A stretch of 32,381 nucleotides of DNA from Reclinomonas americana ATCC 50394 (Eukaryota): positions 1 to 32,381 of the forward strand of contig PS015117.1 of assembly GCA_048213135.1 (NCBI GenBank). Reading direction: 5' to 3'. The notes below the pieces were generated by a model. That model worked only from the letters and a program-made list of their open reading frames with translations, searched no databases and was not told the DNA's origin. The position numbers were made by a program, and so were the translations under genes. Below are positions 12,680 to 25,094 of the stretch, piece after piece (the stretch's first letter is position 1; each line of letters starts with the position of its first letter).

Positions 12680-15600
12680 TTACACGGCGTCGTGGAGGGT
12701 GGTGATGAGCGAGCGGACTTCTTCGTAGAGCGCAGTGACGGCGTCGCCCGACGATAGTGAGCCGGCGGAGAGTCGTCGTTTGCCGGCCACTCGCTCAAGC
12801 AGCGCACGCTGTTGAGGTTCCGCCATTTCGTTCACAAATTTGTCGAGGTAGTCGCCGTGGACCAGGTGTCTGGGAAGGGAATGAGGAGGAGGCAGGAGAG
12901 AGAGGAGGGGGGGAAGGCAAGTGATAGGACACGCACCGGCTGACGCCGCATTTGCTGTGTGACCAGCGGGGATCGTGGCCGAGGAGGGATGGGCAGGCTT
13001 CGGCTTCCATCCTGTGCAACCGGCAATGAGAAGGGAGAACGGGAAAGAGGGTGAAGGGGGAAGGGAAGCAGGGGGAAAAGGGAGAAAGGGAAGAGGGGGG
13101 AAGGGGAGAAGAGGAGAAGGGCTGAAGGAAACAAGGGGAAGGGGAGAATAGGGAAGGGGAGAAGGGGAGGGGAAAAGGGAAACGGGAAAAGAAAGAAGAA
13201 AGGAGACGGTGTAGGCGAGAAGAGCGAAGGAGAAAGGGAAAAGGGAAACAGGGGAGATAGGAAGACAGGGAATTGGAGGTGGAAAGAGAAAAAGGGGAGC
13301 AGGGGAAGGAAGAGAAGGGAGAAGAGGAACAGGGAACAAAATGGAGAGCTGAGAGGAAAATAGTAAGTGGAGTATGTGAGGGTTGGAGAGGGGAGAGGAA
13401 GTCGAGAAGGGGCAGAGACGGAAAGGAGTGCAGGCTTTTGCTGACAAAGAGCACAGCAGGTATGCTACGCACATCGCCTGCTCAATGTCCGTGAGGAGTG
13501 CCGACTCGTCCTTGGTCAAACTGCAGAGCACGAACACGGCTCCAGAGTATGTCAACACCAGCAATCGCTGGCGATCTGCAACACCACAAGCACTACTGAG
13601 CGCGAGAGATGGAAAAGAAAGGGAGAGAGTCATCGATCACATACCACACAGCATATCCTGCGAGGCGACGGCGGCCGACGCAGCAGCAGCACCACCACCG
13701 CTTCGTTGTGACGACATGGGATCGTCGAAACCGCCGCTGGCGGCATCGGAGCGAACGTAGCGACGGATGAGAGTTCCCGGTCGGATGCGGATGCCCACGC
13801 CAGGCAGCGTGCCAAAGCACATGAGTTGCAGATTTTGCTGCTTTTGCACGAGCTCTGAAGAGGGCAAGGAGGTGAGAAGCAAATGGAGGAGGGGGAGAAG
13901 TGAGGGGAAGAAGAGAAGGGGGAGAGGAGAATAGAAGGGGGAGAGGGGAAGGGGAGGAAATGGATAGAACAGGAGGGGGAGAAAGCAGTGAGAGCACAGA
14001 AATACGCTATCTGCTGATGAAGAGACTGGAGAGAGAAAGACAAAGAAGGGAATGGTTGACACTCACCTTCACGCTTCACATCGAGATACACGCCTCCGAA
14101 CTTGTCGACACCCCAAAAGTCCGTGTCGTTCACCGCCGTCACCGTGCTCATCAGTCGACGTGCTTGCTCGCTGCCAACACGCAATCACAGACGGGTGTCA
14201 GTCTCTACTTTTCAACACAAATCATCCATTTTTCCGAAATCAGACACACGCACCCCAACGCATACTTCAGCTCGCCCGTCGGCAGCAACACGTACAGCAG
14301 TGTGCCATCGCATCGATCCGTCGCCACCACTCGTGTGCCGCCAACAGAGGACAGCGACATGACAAACTGACTGGTGCGTGTGGTGCCGGCCAGCGACAGA
14401 CCAAACATTGGTGTGCGGGAGGTGGCGGCAAACAAGTGCTGCCGGTGCACAATGACGGACACTTCGGCGGCGGCATTGAAGCGCTGCAGAGGCCACGCGC
14501 CGCTGGCGGTGGCGGGGTCTGGGGAAGGGGCGCCTGGCGACGATGATGCACGTCGGAGCACGAAAATGTCGGGTCCCGAGGAAATGATTAGCAACTCGGG
14601 CGAGTGCGGTAGGATGCAGTAGCACACGCCACCGAGGTGGATCTTGCCGACGCGCAGGAGTTGCACGTGCTGTTGGCATTGGGGGCAAAGTGAGAATGGC
14701 GAGATGCGAATCACTGAAAGGGATTGGAAGACAAACCGCTTCCTGTGCTCCGGCCTCTGGATCGCGGCGCATGGAGAAGAGCAGGAGGCGACCGGACTGT
14801 GATCGGCCGGAGCCCGCGCCCATGCCCACGCAGAGGAGATGGTGCCGTCCGCTGTCGCTGGTCCAGCACCATTCTGGAGGGAAAGGGGAAGGTGGGAAGG
14901 GAGAAGGGGAAAGGGGAGGAGGGAGAGTGAGGGAAAGGAGAAAGGGCAGCGAAAGGGAGAAGGATGGGAAAAAGAGAGGAGAGGAGAGGAGAGGCAAGAG
15001 GAGAGGAGAGGAGAGGAGAGGAGAGGAGAGGAGAGGAGAGGAGAGGAGAGGAGAGGAGAGGAGAGGAGAGGAGAGGAGAGGGGAAAGGAAAGGGTGGAGA
15101 GGAGAGGAGAGGAGAGGGGTGGGGAAGGAGAGAAGAGGCAAGAAGAGGAGAGCAAAGGAAGAGATACGAGAGAATAGGAGAAAAGAAGATGCGAGAGCAC
15201 AGGAGAGGCAAGGAGAGGACAGGAGGACAGGAGAGGCAAGGAGAGGAGAAGAGAGCAAGAAGACAGGGGATATGAAATGATACACTCTTCTCACTGCAGA
15301 AAACTTGTTGTGCAGTTAGATCATAAGGAGAAGGAGGGAACTTCCACACAGCAGAATGCATGCAGAACAACGCCCAGAAGGTGAAAGAGAAGCTAATGAC
15401 TCGTGCACAGAGAGATGCCAACGACGCACACAACACACCTGCCAGCGAGTAAATTTGATACCCCGAGCGCATGGCAACGGGTGGCGTCACCCATTCCATC
15501 GTGCGAGCATCGGCGAAGCGCAATTCAGAGCGCACCACAGCCTCACCCGCGCGTACCACATAGCCGGTGGATGCCACAGCCACCAGACCCTTGACATTGG

Positions 15601-18600
15601 AGGCTGCGTCGACGCCGGCGACGTCGGTAAAACCGCGAAGGTACAGAATGCGTCGTGGGGTCTGTGGTGCGTGCACGGTGAGTGGAGTGGGAAAGGAGAG
15701 AGCAGGGAGAGGGTAAGGGGATGAGGGCAGCGAGCGACAAGGTGCACTGCCCACCGCAGGCACACACCATCAAGAGGCAATGAAATACGACAAACCGAGA
15801 TGTGAATCCGAAGAGAAATAAGGGAGAAAAGAGCACAACTGGTTCAACCAAGCCCAGAATACACAAAGACATGGACAATAAAGAGGCAACGTCGGACGAG
15901 GATACATGGCGACGACAAGACACGGAGAGTGAATTGAAGGTTGAGGACGTGGGCATCGAAGACCAGAAATGGGAGCACAATGCCAAAGGAACGACGAGGA
16001 TTACAGGTTGTCAGAACATGCCATAATCTTTCTTTCTCACGACCCTTTCCTCTCCTCTCTTCCCGTTCCAAACCTTGCCAATCGCCAACGACTGCACATT
16101 CGTCCGCACATTGTCACTGAGTGTGCACACATGCAACGCATTGTCGATCCACAGAATCACACCACCCGCGCACGCCGGTGTGTGCAAAGAAGCCCCGAAT
16201 GCCGCCTGCAATGTGACGTCAGTATCGGCAAACATAGACCACCACTTCACCCACTCCTGCCACCGCAACATTGGAGACGCACACCGACACCAATTCAATA
16301 TCGGAGCGTGACTCTGCCGGCGAATGCGGCTGCCCGAGAAGCGTCAACCAGGCCGTGTCTGACATTACAAAGAGACGGCTGAGCGGGCGCTCCGAGGCAT
16401 TGGCAGACTTGAGTGGAAAGAGTGCCACCGGTTTTCTGACGATTCGTCGCAATGGTGGGTGGCACAGACGAAAGCGATATCAGGGCGTGTATAATGTGCG
16501 CAACTGGCCCACACGCTTCGCATTCAACGGCGACACTGCAACGTCGTGCAAGTGACTGTCGTCCGTGCGCAGAATGTCACACCAGGCCAGCGTGCCGTCG
16601 CGCAGACCAAAGAAGAGTCGCGGAACCAGTCGGAATGCACCACTGTCGGTCTCGTACGGCTCGAACGAGAGGTGCACTGACTGTGGCACACCGAGGGCGC
16701 CCTCGGCACTGCTCTTGGCCGACGAGGCTGCGAGAGCGCATGGGTTGAGAAGCGAGGAATGGTCATGCGAGTAAGAGGGCGAGACGAAACTGGTGCCAAT
16801 GGTGAGCGCTCGCTGCAGCGGCTCCGACTGCGTGCCCGAGAAGCGCAGCACGTGCACGTGGCATGCATGCGTGCCGACGAGAACTGTGTTCTGGAGTGCG
16901 GGCCTGGTGGCGAAGAAAGTCAGCAAATGGGGACGAGCTCTTCAATCATGACTCTAACAACTCATTTTCGTTGCACAGCATGAAAATAGTTTGAGCTCTT
17001 TTCATAAAGTGACTTTAAGCGACAATATGCGTCTGCTCCTCTGCCTTACACACTTCTTCTGCTTGCAATTCCAATCTGCTTGCATTGCCATCTTCCGAGT
17101 GCTCTTCAAGTCGGGTCGAACTCTCTAAACTCTCCTAGCTTACATCACACAGCTCGATCTCTCGAGCGGTTCGCATTCTCTCCTTCACTCTCTCACGAAG
17201 AGATATACAAGCAAAAAACTCGCCAGCTCCTCTCTCCGATTCTCTTTTCCTCCTCCTAATTCTCTTCTCCGCCCCCTCTCTCCTATTCCATGCACGATTA
17301 GTGGACGCGCACACTCACCACGCATCCAGCGCCTCCGAGCGAGGTGGGATCCACATGCAACTAATGTCCTCGTCGACCACAGTCTCACCGCCGAATCTGC
17401 GAGCGCGACATTAGTCAAGCCACCTTTGTAGAACACCCAAGGCGCGCACACGCAACTGCTCAAGTGTGCGCGACGCTGGATCCACGCGCAGTACGATGAT
17501 GCGCGACGACTCGCCACTTTCCGCGACGCTGAGCACAATACACTCTGCGAGTGCGTCGGAGAGCCATTCGCCGGCGGCGGCGACGGCGATGCGGCTGCCC
17601 GGAGGTGGTTGCCACGTGCAGCCTGCGACACAATACGATGCGTCAGACATGGGGGTACTAATAAACACTCGGCCGTGGTACACGGAACGATGTGTAGCCG
17701 GGGTTCGTGGATCGACCAGAAGTGCCATGTCGCTGGTGACTTGCGCAAGCATTCTGCAGCGCATGAACTGGTGTACGAGAACGCTAGACGACTCGGTGGC
17801 GAGACCGAGGTCGTCACTGCAGCAGCAGGGAAATTATGAAAGAGATGACGATGCAAGATATGATCACCGCAAGTCGAACCTGACGTCTGCAGAATCACGC
17901 TCCAGTGCCAACACGCGGGTACCTCCCGTGAAGCTCATGGCGAGGAATTCGTCAAAGCAGTCGGCGCCATTCGAGCTGGTGGTCCACATGCCGTTTAAAC
18001 TGCAGTGCGTGACAGAATGAGATCATAAAGAGGGAAAGGAATAGAGGCAACAAGGAGAACCCTTCATAAGTCGGCGGCGTGCGGTCGAGCCGAGTAACTC
18101 CCAGTCCGTTGCGAATGACACTGAGTTGACCACCCGAGTCGCGACCTGAGACGCACATGACCTGGCTCTGGCCCTGGAGAGTAGAAAAGGAGAGCATTAA
18201 GGAAGTGGAGAAGTGAAAAGAACTCCATTCACTCTCACCTCGCCGTTGATGTCGGCCACGTCAAAGTCCACACACGGCAACACCTCACTGAAGCGATGCA
18301 CGACAGTTGAGTCGCAGGCCCGACCTTCCTCGTCGAAGGCAATCTGAAAAGCGAGTCAGTGGAAGGAGCAATTCTCACATCGACACTTTCACACATAGGA
18401 ACCACGATGAACGAATGCAGTAACAGCCATAAGGCTCTCTCTCACACACACACACAGACGCACAAACAGTCGCACACAAAAGCGCCACGATGTATGTGTG
18501 CAGTGGCAGCATGCATTCTCTCTCTCCCTCCCTCGCACACACAGTCCAACAAACACCACAATAAACGAATGTAGTGAGCAATAACACAAACTCTCCATTC

Positions 18601-21600
18601 CCCCTTGCAGTCGCACACAATGTACGCCACGAAAGGGCGACATAACTTAGATATCACTTCCTCACTCGCACTGTCTCGCACTCTCTCTCACACAGTCTCG
18701 TCTCTCTCACTCAATCACACAAACTTCGTCAACATACTATCACTCTCTCCTGCTCTCGGGCATTTCCATGAGTCTTCCCATCAGCTTCCCCACTTCTATC
18801 TGACTCTCTCTCTCTCTCTGTAACCCTTGTTCTCTTCCTACCTCCCTTCCCTTCCTTCCTTCCTTCTCCCTCCCTCCTCATCCCTCTCTCCCCGTTCCAC
18901 CGATACTTAACTTGGATAATCGTCGACTGATCGCACACCGAACCCAGGAAGAAGCACGAGGCTTCTTGCGGACCGACAGGCAGCAGAGCGAGGCCTGGTG
19001 CGTATCGCGCGACAAAGTCGAATTCTGCGCCAAAGGAGAGCACTTCAGGCGCACAAGCATCGAGTGGCACGATGTCATCGCGAACAGACCGACATGTGCC
19101 GGCTCGCCGACCAACCCCTCCACCAGTCTCATCACGTAGGTGTCGCCGAATTCGGTGTTGACGAGGAATGCCGACTGCGACGCCAGCGGGCATGAACACG
19201 CGCGCAAAACACCTGGAGGAGGCCAAATCAGCGAGGAGATCCAAATACTCCCAATTCTTCATCGCCTTACCCGACGACTTTGTCTTCGTCTCCACATCGA
19301 CCGAGGGCGGCGGCAGGTACGAGGCGCTGAGGTGCACCATGCGACCGAGATGAATGAGGTTGAACGAGCCCTCCACCCACACACCCAGCAACTCGGGTTC
19401 CCACGGAATCGGCTCCAGAGACAGCAGGGCGGGAATGCGCTTGGGTGCACGACGGCGGTCGGCAGCATCGGCGTCGTCCATCACTACGTCATCGTCGGGG
19501 CGATTGAAGGACGGCACGGTGGTGGAGGCCACCACCTCCTCGCAACCTGCACCGCTTCCATCTGCGCCGTTCGCGTCCTCGTCGTCGCCATCGACGCCGG
19601 GTCGGCTCATTGAGAAATTGCGAAAGAGTTCATCGCAGCCAGCGTTGTACTCGATGCCGCTGGGGCGCGCCTGCGTGGCGAATCGACGGAGCGCCAGTGC
19701 GATGGGAGTGAAGAAGTTGACCGATGGCACCCTGTGTGGAAGGAGGAGGAGGAGAAGGAGAAGGAGAAGGAGGAGAAGGAGACGGAGGAGAAGGAGACGG
19801 AGGAGAAGGGGGAGAATGAAGTGAGACGGGAGAAGGCAGTGAGGAAGAGAAGGAGAAAAAAAGGCAGAGAGAATAACAGGGCAGTGAAGAGGAAGAAGTG
19901 AAGGAGGAGATGGCGAAGAATGAAAGGAAAGGCAGAAAGAGGATGAAAAACAGCGAGGAGAACGCAGCGAAGGAGGAGAAGGCAAAGAAGGAGAGAAAGG
20001 GTAGAGACGATGATTTACAGCGAGAATGAAAAACAGAGATGAGAAGGTACAGGAGGAGGAGACGGCGATAAAGGAGAATGCGGCAAGAAGAGAAAAGTAG
20101 AGATGACGTGAAGGCAGACCAGACACCGTAGTGAAGGAGGAGAGCACACAGGAGGAGAGAGACAGAGACTGGATGAAAAAAGAGAGGAGACCGCAGTGAA
20201 GCTGGAGAAGGCGATGAAGAGCAGAAGGAGAGAAAAAACAGAGAGGATGACAAGGCAGCAATGAGGAAGCAGTGAAGGGGACACGGCGTGGGTTGAAAGG
20301 AAAGGCAGAGATTGGATGAGAAGGCAGTGAGGACAACGCAGTGAAGGGGGCGAAGGCGCAGGATGAGAGAGATGGCGCAGGATGAAGGGAAATGCAGAGA
20401 GGATGAAAGACAGCGAGGAGAACGCAGTGAATCAGGAAAAGGAGAAGGCGCAGAATGAGAGGAAAGGCAGAGATGGGGTGGAGGCAGTGAGGACAACGGA
20501 GAAAAGGACGAGAAGGCACAGGAGGATAAACTGTCCGTCTGAAAGACATCTCATGGCAGAATGTAACGCAACACTGCGGTGCGCGGAGCCTCCGGACCGA
20601 AGCGCATACGTCGCCGCAGCTTGCCGCTCTGGTCCTCGAGAAACACATCCCACACCTGGATGTCGTAGGTTTCGTGGCCCGTTCTGTGCAAAAAGGGATG
20701 AGAAGAGGGAGAGTGGTAAGGAAAAAACACACGCACATACCTCACAGATAGGGCAGCCAGCGACAACACAGAGGAATCGGCAGCGCGTGGAAGCCAACAC
20801 AAATCGAGGAGAACACCCGACACCGTCAGCGTATAGGCCTGTAACAAAGAATGAGGCACAGAAGCTGTGGAGAAGCACGGTCTCATTCGACACCCGCACC
20901 TCCTCTGAGAACTTGCGAGAAGCGGCTTCGAAAAAGTGCAGCGAAATCATTTCTTCGGCCGCCGCCAGCGCCACCACGCGGCCACTGTGCAGATAAAGGA
21001 GGGTGTGTGAGGGAAATAAGCGTTACAATCTCTCTCTCTCTCTCACGCACGCGTACAGCTGTCTCCGATTCCTTCTCTTTTCTCTTACGATCACTATCAC
21101 TCTGCTCGCTCGATCGCTCGACCCTCCAATCTCTCACAGTCACCGTCTATCATCATCGCACATCACATTGCCTGCCACTCTGCTCGCTGCGTACTACCAT
21201 CTCCGATTCCATCTCTTTCAATCAGACACGCAACGACTCGTGTGGTCTGCACAGCCGGTTGGGCACGCGGAGGTGAGTGCCGGCGGGCCCAACAGCAATG
21301 TGCTGGGCGACCCGTGGTGCGGAGGGCGCGCCCAGCGAGTCGTCGGCGCCGTCGGCGGAGCGGGTGGGCGACAGGTCGAGGAGGGTGAGGCGCCCGGAGT
21401 CGGAGGTGAGGGCCAGCAACTGAAAAAGGAAGGGAGGAAGGGGGAAAAGGGGAAAGGGGAGAAGGGTGAGGGAGAGTGGAGGAAGGGATGCACAGACTGC
21501 CGGGCAAGAGACACAAGTTGCATCACAATCGTCAAGAAAGAGAGCACTGGTGTCAATTTTCCGCCAGAGGTTGACAGGCACGCAAAGGCAGTCTTCGTCT

Positions 21601-23174
21601 CGCTCTTCTTCTTGCTCTTCTGCCCGTCTATATTCTTCGACCTCGTCCTCCATCTTTTCTTGTCCATGGAGGAGAGCAGGAAGCAGAAGAGCGGAAGACG
21701 GAGAGACAACATCAATATCAAGATGAAACGCTACAATTACAAGTAGATAACGAGGACGAAGAAGGAGAAGACTGGAGAAGGCAGGAAAAGCGCAGAAGAG
21801 CAATAAGAGGCAGGAGAGGAAGAGACAGCAGCAAGATGAGGAGGCACGAGAAGAAGAAGGAGAGGAAGAGGAAGAAGCGCAAAGATAGACAAAACACAAC
21901 ATCAAGATCAAGATGAAAGCTACACGGACAATTACATAATGACTGCGAGGACGAAGAAGAATGGAGGAAGTAGAAGAAGCGGAGGTATTGAATAAGAGGC
22001 AGGAGAAGAGTAGAAGAGACAGCAAGATGAAGACGAGGGGGGACGAGTACAAGATAGCACCTGAGGAGGAGGAGCCCGCCAAAAGAACAAGAAGGAGAGG
22101 AAGAAGAAGAAGAAGAGCAGGCAGAGGAAACAGAAGAGAGGAAGAGGGAGATACAGCATCAAGACCAAGATGAAAAGCTACAAGGACAAGTCAATAACGA
22201 GGACGAAGAAGGAGAAGAATGGAGGAAGTAGAAGAAGACGAGACAGCAGCAATGAGGAGGAACGAGAACAAGACAGCGACTAACCCGCCAATACGTAACC
22301 AAGAAGAGCAAGAGGAGAGGAAGAAGAAGAAGTGCAGGCAAACAAAACAGAACCGAGAGACAACATCAATCAACCTGAAGATTGTTCCTATTCTCCCCCC
22401 TTTACCTCTCCCTCTCCCTCTACCCTCCCCTCCACCNNNNNNNNNNNNNNNNNNNNNNNNNNNNNNNNNNNNNNNNNNNNNNNNNNNNNNNNNNNNNNNN
22501 NNNNNNNNNNNNNNNNNNNNNNNNNNNNNNNNNNNNNNNNNNNNNNNNNNNNNNNNNNNNNNNNNNNNNNNNNNNNNNNNNNNNNNNNNNNNNNNNNNNN
22601 NNNNNNNNNNNNNNNNNNNNNNNNNNNNNNNNNNNNNNNNNNNNNNNNNNNNNNNNNNNNNNNNNNNNNNNNNNNNNNNNNNNNNNNNNNNNNNNNNNNN
22701 NNNNNNNNNNNNNNNNNNNNNNNNNNNNNNNNNNNNNNNNNNNNNNNNNNNNNNNNNNNNNNNNNNNNNNNNNNNNNNNNNNNNNNNNNNNNNNNNNNNN
22801 NNNNNNNNNNNNNNNNNNNNNNNNNNNNNNNNNNNNNNNNNNNNNNNNNNNNNNNNNNNNNNNNNNNNNNNNNNNNNNNNNNNNNNNNNNNNNNNNNNNN
22901 NNNNNNNNNNNNNNNNNNNNNNNNNNNNNNNNNNNNGAGACAGCAGTCTTTCTCCTCTCTCACATTTCTCTCTCTCTTCTCTCACACTCACGCCTAAGTC
23001 GTCACCTAAGTCGTCGCCTTACTACTCACTCTTTCACACTCCCTCTCCGTGTCTCTCTCTCTCTCTCTCACTTACTCTTATGATCGCGAGTGTGTCATTC
23101 GTGGCCAGTGTGAGCGCATGGGTGAGTGCTTGCGCGGGAAGAGCGGTGCGAGAGTACCACCATGAGTCGCTCAT
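12680..23174 (-). CDS. DDB1/SF3B3(Rse1)/CPSF160-family triple beta-propeller protein (MMS1_N + CPSF_A architecture), ~1,360 aa visible
   Basis: Phase-consistent exons: 23174-23076, [probable exon in gap 22437-22936], 21419-21235, 20984-20900, 20838-20741, 20683-20573, 19731-19271, 19212-19090, 19024-18912, 18343-18239, 18173-18061, 17999-17880, 17816-17689, 17622-17457, 17396-17319, 16903-16791, 16727-16505, 16435-16270, 16205-16074, 15661-15439, 14873-14737, 14669-14254, 14170-14067, 13854-13645, 13575-13473, 13011-12937, 12869-12680. Family motifs in order: LLALTSDSGRL, FLVNTEFGD, FFLGS, PCVDFDVAD, CVSGRDSGGQLSVIRNGLG, LAMSFTGGTRVL, GLRDGTL, TPRRILY, DKFGGVY, LVHGDYLDKF. Confidence 0.85.
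14996..15080. repeat. (GAGAG)n pentanucleotide microsatellite (intronic)
   Basis: Tandem GAGAG units inside intron 15438-14874 of the - strand gene. Confidence 0.9.
21700..22380. repeat. Degenerate intronic tandem repeat, ~190-260 bp unit, 3 copies plus a partial
   Basis: Recurring CAAGATGAAA(A/C)GCTAC...CGAGGACGAAGAAG...AGAGACAGCA at ~21716, ~21907, ~22166; partial at ~22358. Confidence 0.75.
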
Positions 23175-23636
23175 TGCAACAAATGAGAATGAGTGAGTGA
23201 GTGGACAAGTCGGCGACGTTCTCCGAGGGATTCTCCGGCAAACATGTGGATTCTTTCGTCGTGCGTTTTGTGCACTTGAGTGGAGGTGTAACGTGTTGTG
23301 CTGCGCAGTGTACACAGTGCGCATGCGCTCGTTGGAGTCAAACGACGTCGACTGCGCATGCAACGTCGCACATTCGGAAGAGCATTTGCATCTGCCGGCT
23401 GAAGAAGCAGGTGAGCGTATAACCAGCTATGACTTACCGTGCCAGCATCTCCTCTCACTGCGTAGTCATGCTTGACAAGCAAGCGACACGTGAGAAAAGA
23501 ACGTCGCGCAATATTGATTCTCCACTTTTGCTGCGCCACACACTCAACGAAGGACCAACAGTGGCAGCTGGCAGCAAGGCACTATCGGCTGGCCCCCTCC
23601 AATAGCATACACGAAGTTGAATTCGGAAGCTGTCCG

Positions 23637-23824
23637 ACAACAAAACAATATTACTTCATTCACCACATTCGTAATGCGACAAATGTCCACAAATCCCGTG
23701 CCGACAATGACCTTGGCACACCAACAAGATTCAAACACATAATTACTTCTCCAACAGTCATCTTCCCTTGCAGGAGACAAAGCCAATCAAACGCGTGTTG
23801 GCCTCAAAAGGATTCCGTGGCGCA
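23637..23824 (+). repeat. Intergenic direct repeat, copy 1
   Basis: Shares an exact 29-mer TGCCGACAATGACCTTGGCACACCAACAA (23699-23727 = 27021-27049) and an 18-mer CAAACGCGTGTTGGCCTC (23788-23805 = 27116-27133) with copy 2, in collinear order. Confidence 0.9.
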
Positions 23825-24858
23825 TTGATATCAGCAGCCGTACGCAGACGTCGACGCTGNNNNNNNNNNNNNNNNNNNNNNNNNNNNNNNNNNNNNNNNN
23901 NNNNNNNNNNNNNNNNNNNNNNNNNNNNNNNNNNNNNNNNNNNNNNNNNNNNNNNNNNNNNNNNNNNNNNNNNNNNNNNNNNNNNNNNNNNNNNNNNNNN
24001 NNNNNNNNNNNNNNNNNNNNNNNNNNNNNNNNNNNNNNNNNNNNNNNNNNNNNNNNNNNNNNNNNNNNNNNNNNNNNNNNNNNNNNNNNNNNNNNNNNNN
24101 NNNNNNNNNNNNNNNNNNNNNNNNNNNNNNNNNNNNNNNNNNNNNNNNNNNNNNNNNNNNNNNNNNNNNNNNNNNNNNNNNNNNNNNNNNNNNNNNNNNN
24201 NNNNNNNNNNNNNNNNNNNNNNNNNNNNNNNNNNNNNNNNNNNNNNNNNNNNNNNNNNNNNNNNNNNNNNNNNNNNNNNNNNNNNNNNNNNNNNNNNNNN
24301 NNNNNNNNNNNNNNNNNNNNNNNNNNNNNNNNNNNNNNNNNNNNNNNNNNNNNNNNNNNNNNNNNNNNNNNNNNNNNNNNNNNNNNNNNNNNNNNNNNNN
24401 NNNNNNNNNNNNNNNNNNNNNNNNNNNNNNNNNNNNNNNNNNNNNNNNNNNNNNNNNNNNNNNNNNNNNNNNNNNNNNNNNNNNNNNNNNNNNNNNNNNN
24501 NNNNNNNNNNNNNNNNNNNNNNNNNNNNNNNNNNNNNNNNNNNNNNNNNNNNNNNNNNNNNNNNNNNNNNNNNNNNNNNNNNNNNNNNNNNNNNNNNNNN
24601 NNNNNNNNNNNNNNNNNNNNNNNNNNNNNNNNNNNNNNNNNNNNNNNNNNNNNNNNNNNNNNNNNNNNNNNNNNNNNNNNNNNNNNNNNNNNNNNNNNNN
24701 NNNNNNNNNNNNNNNNNNNNNNNNNNNNNNNNNNNNNNNNNNNNNNNNNNNNNNNNNNNNNNNNNNNNNNNNNNNNNNNNNNNNNNAACTCGTCGAAGCT
24801 GGGTGTGCTGCAGTAGCGACGCGATGGTTCTAGTTGCCCTGAGGCTGCGGCGCAGCTG

Positions 24859-24962
24859 CAAACACATAATTACTTATCCAACAGTCATCTTCCCTTTCAC
24901 CACACATGTACACTCCTGTATCCGGATCCATTGTCATCTTCGAATTCCTTTTCAGGAGACAA
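24859..24962 (+). repeat. Intergenic direct repeat, partial interrupted copy
   Basis: 24859-24896 matches 23732-23769 with one mismatch; CAGGAGACAA resumes at ~24953 after a ~55-nt interruption. Confidence 0.8.
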
Positions 24963-25094
24963 GGACTGCATAAGTACGACTTGTTGACGATCATGGCCAT
25001 TGTGTATTCCTCAGTGACGTCGACGTCGGTGTGTGAGTCCTGCTTCCACCCCTACCCTTACACAACAATTTTTCTCGTCATTTGCGCGCACACG

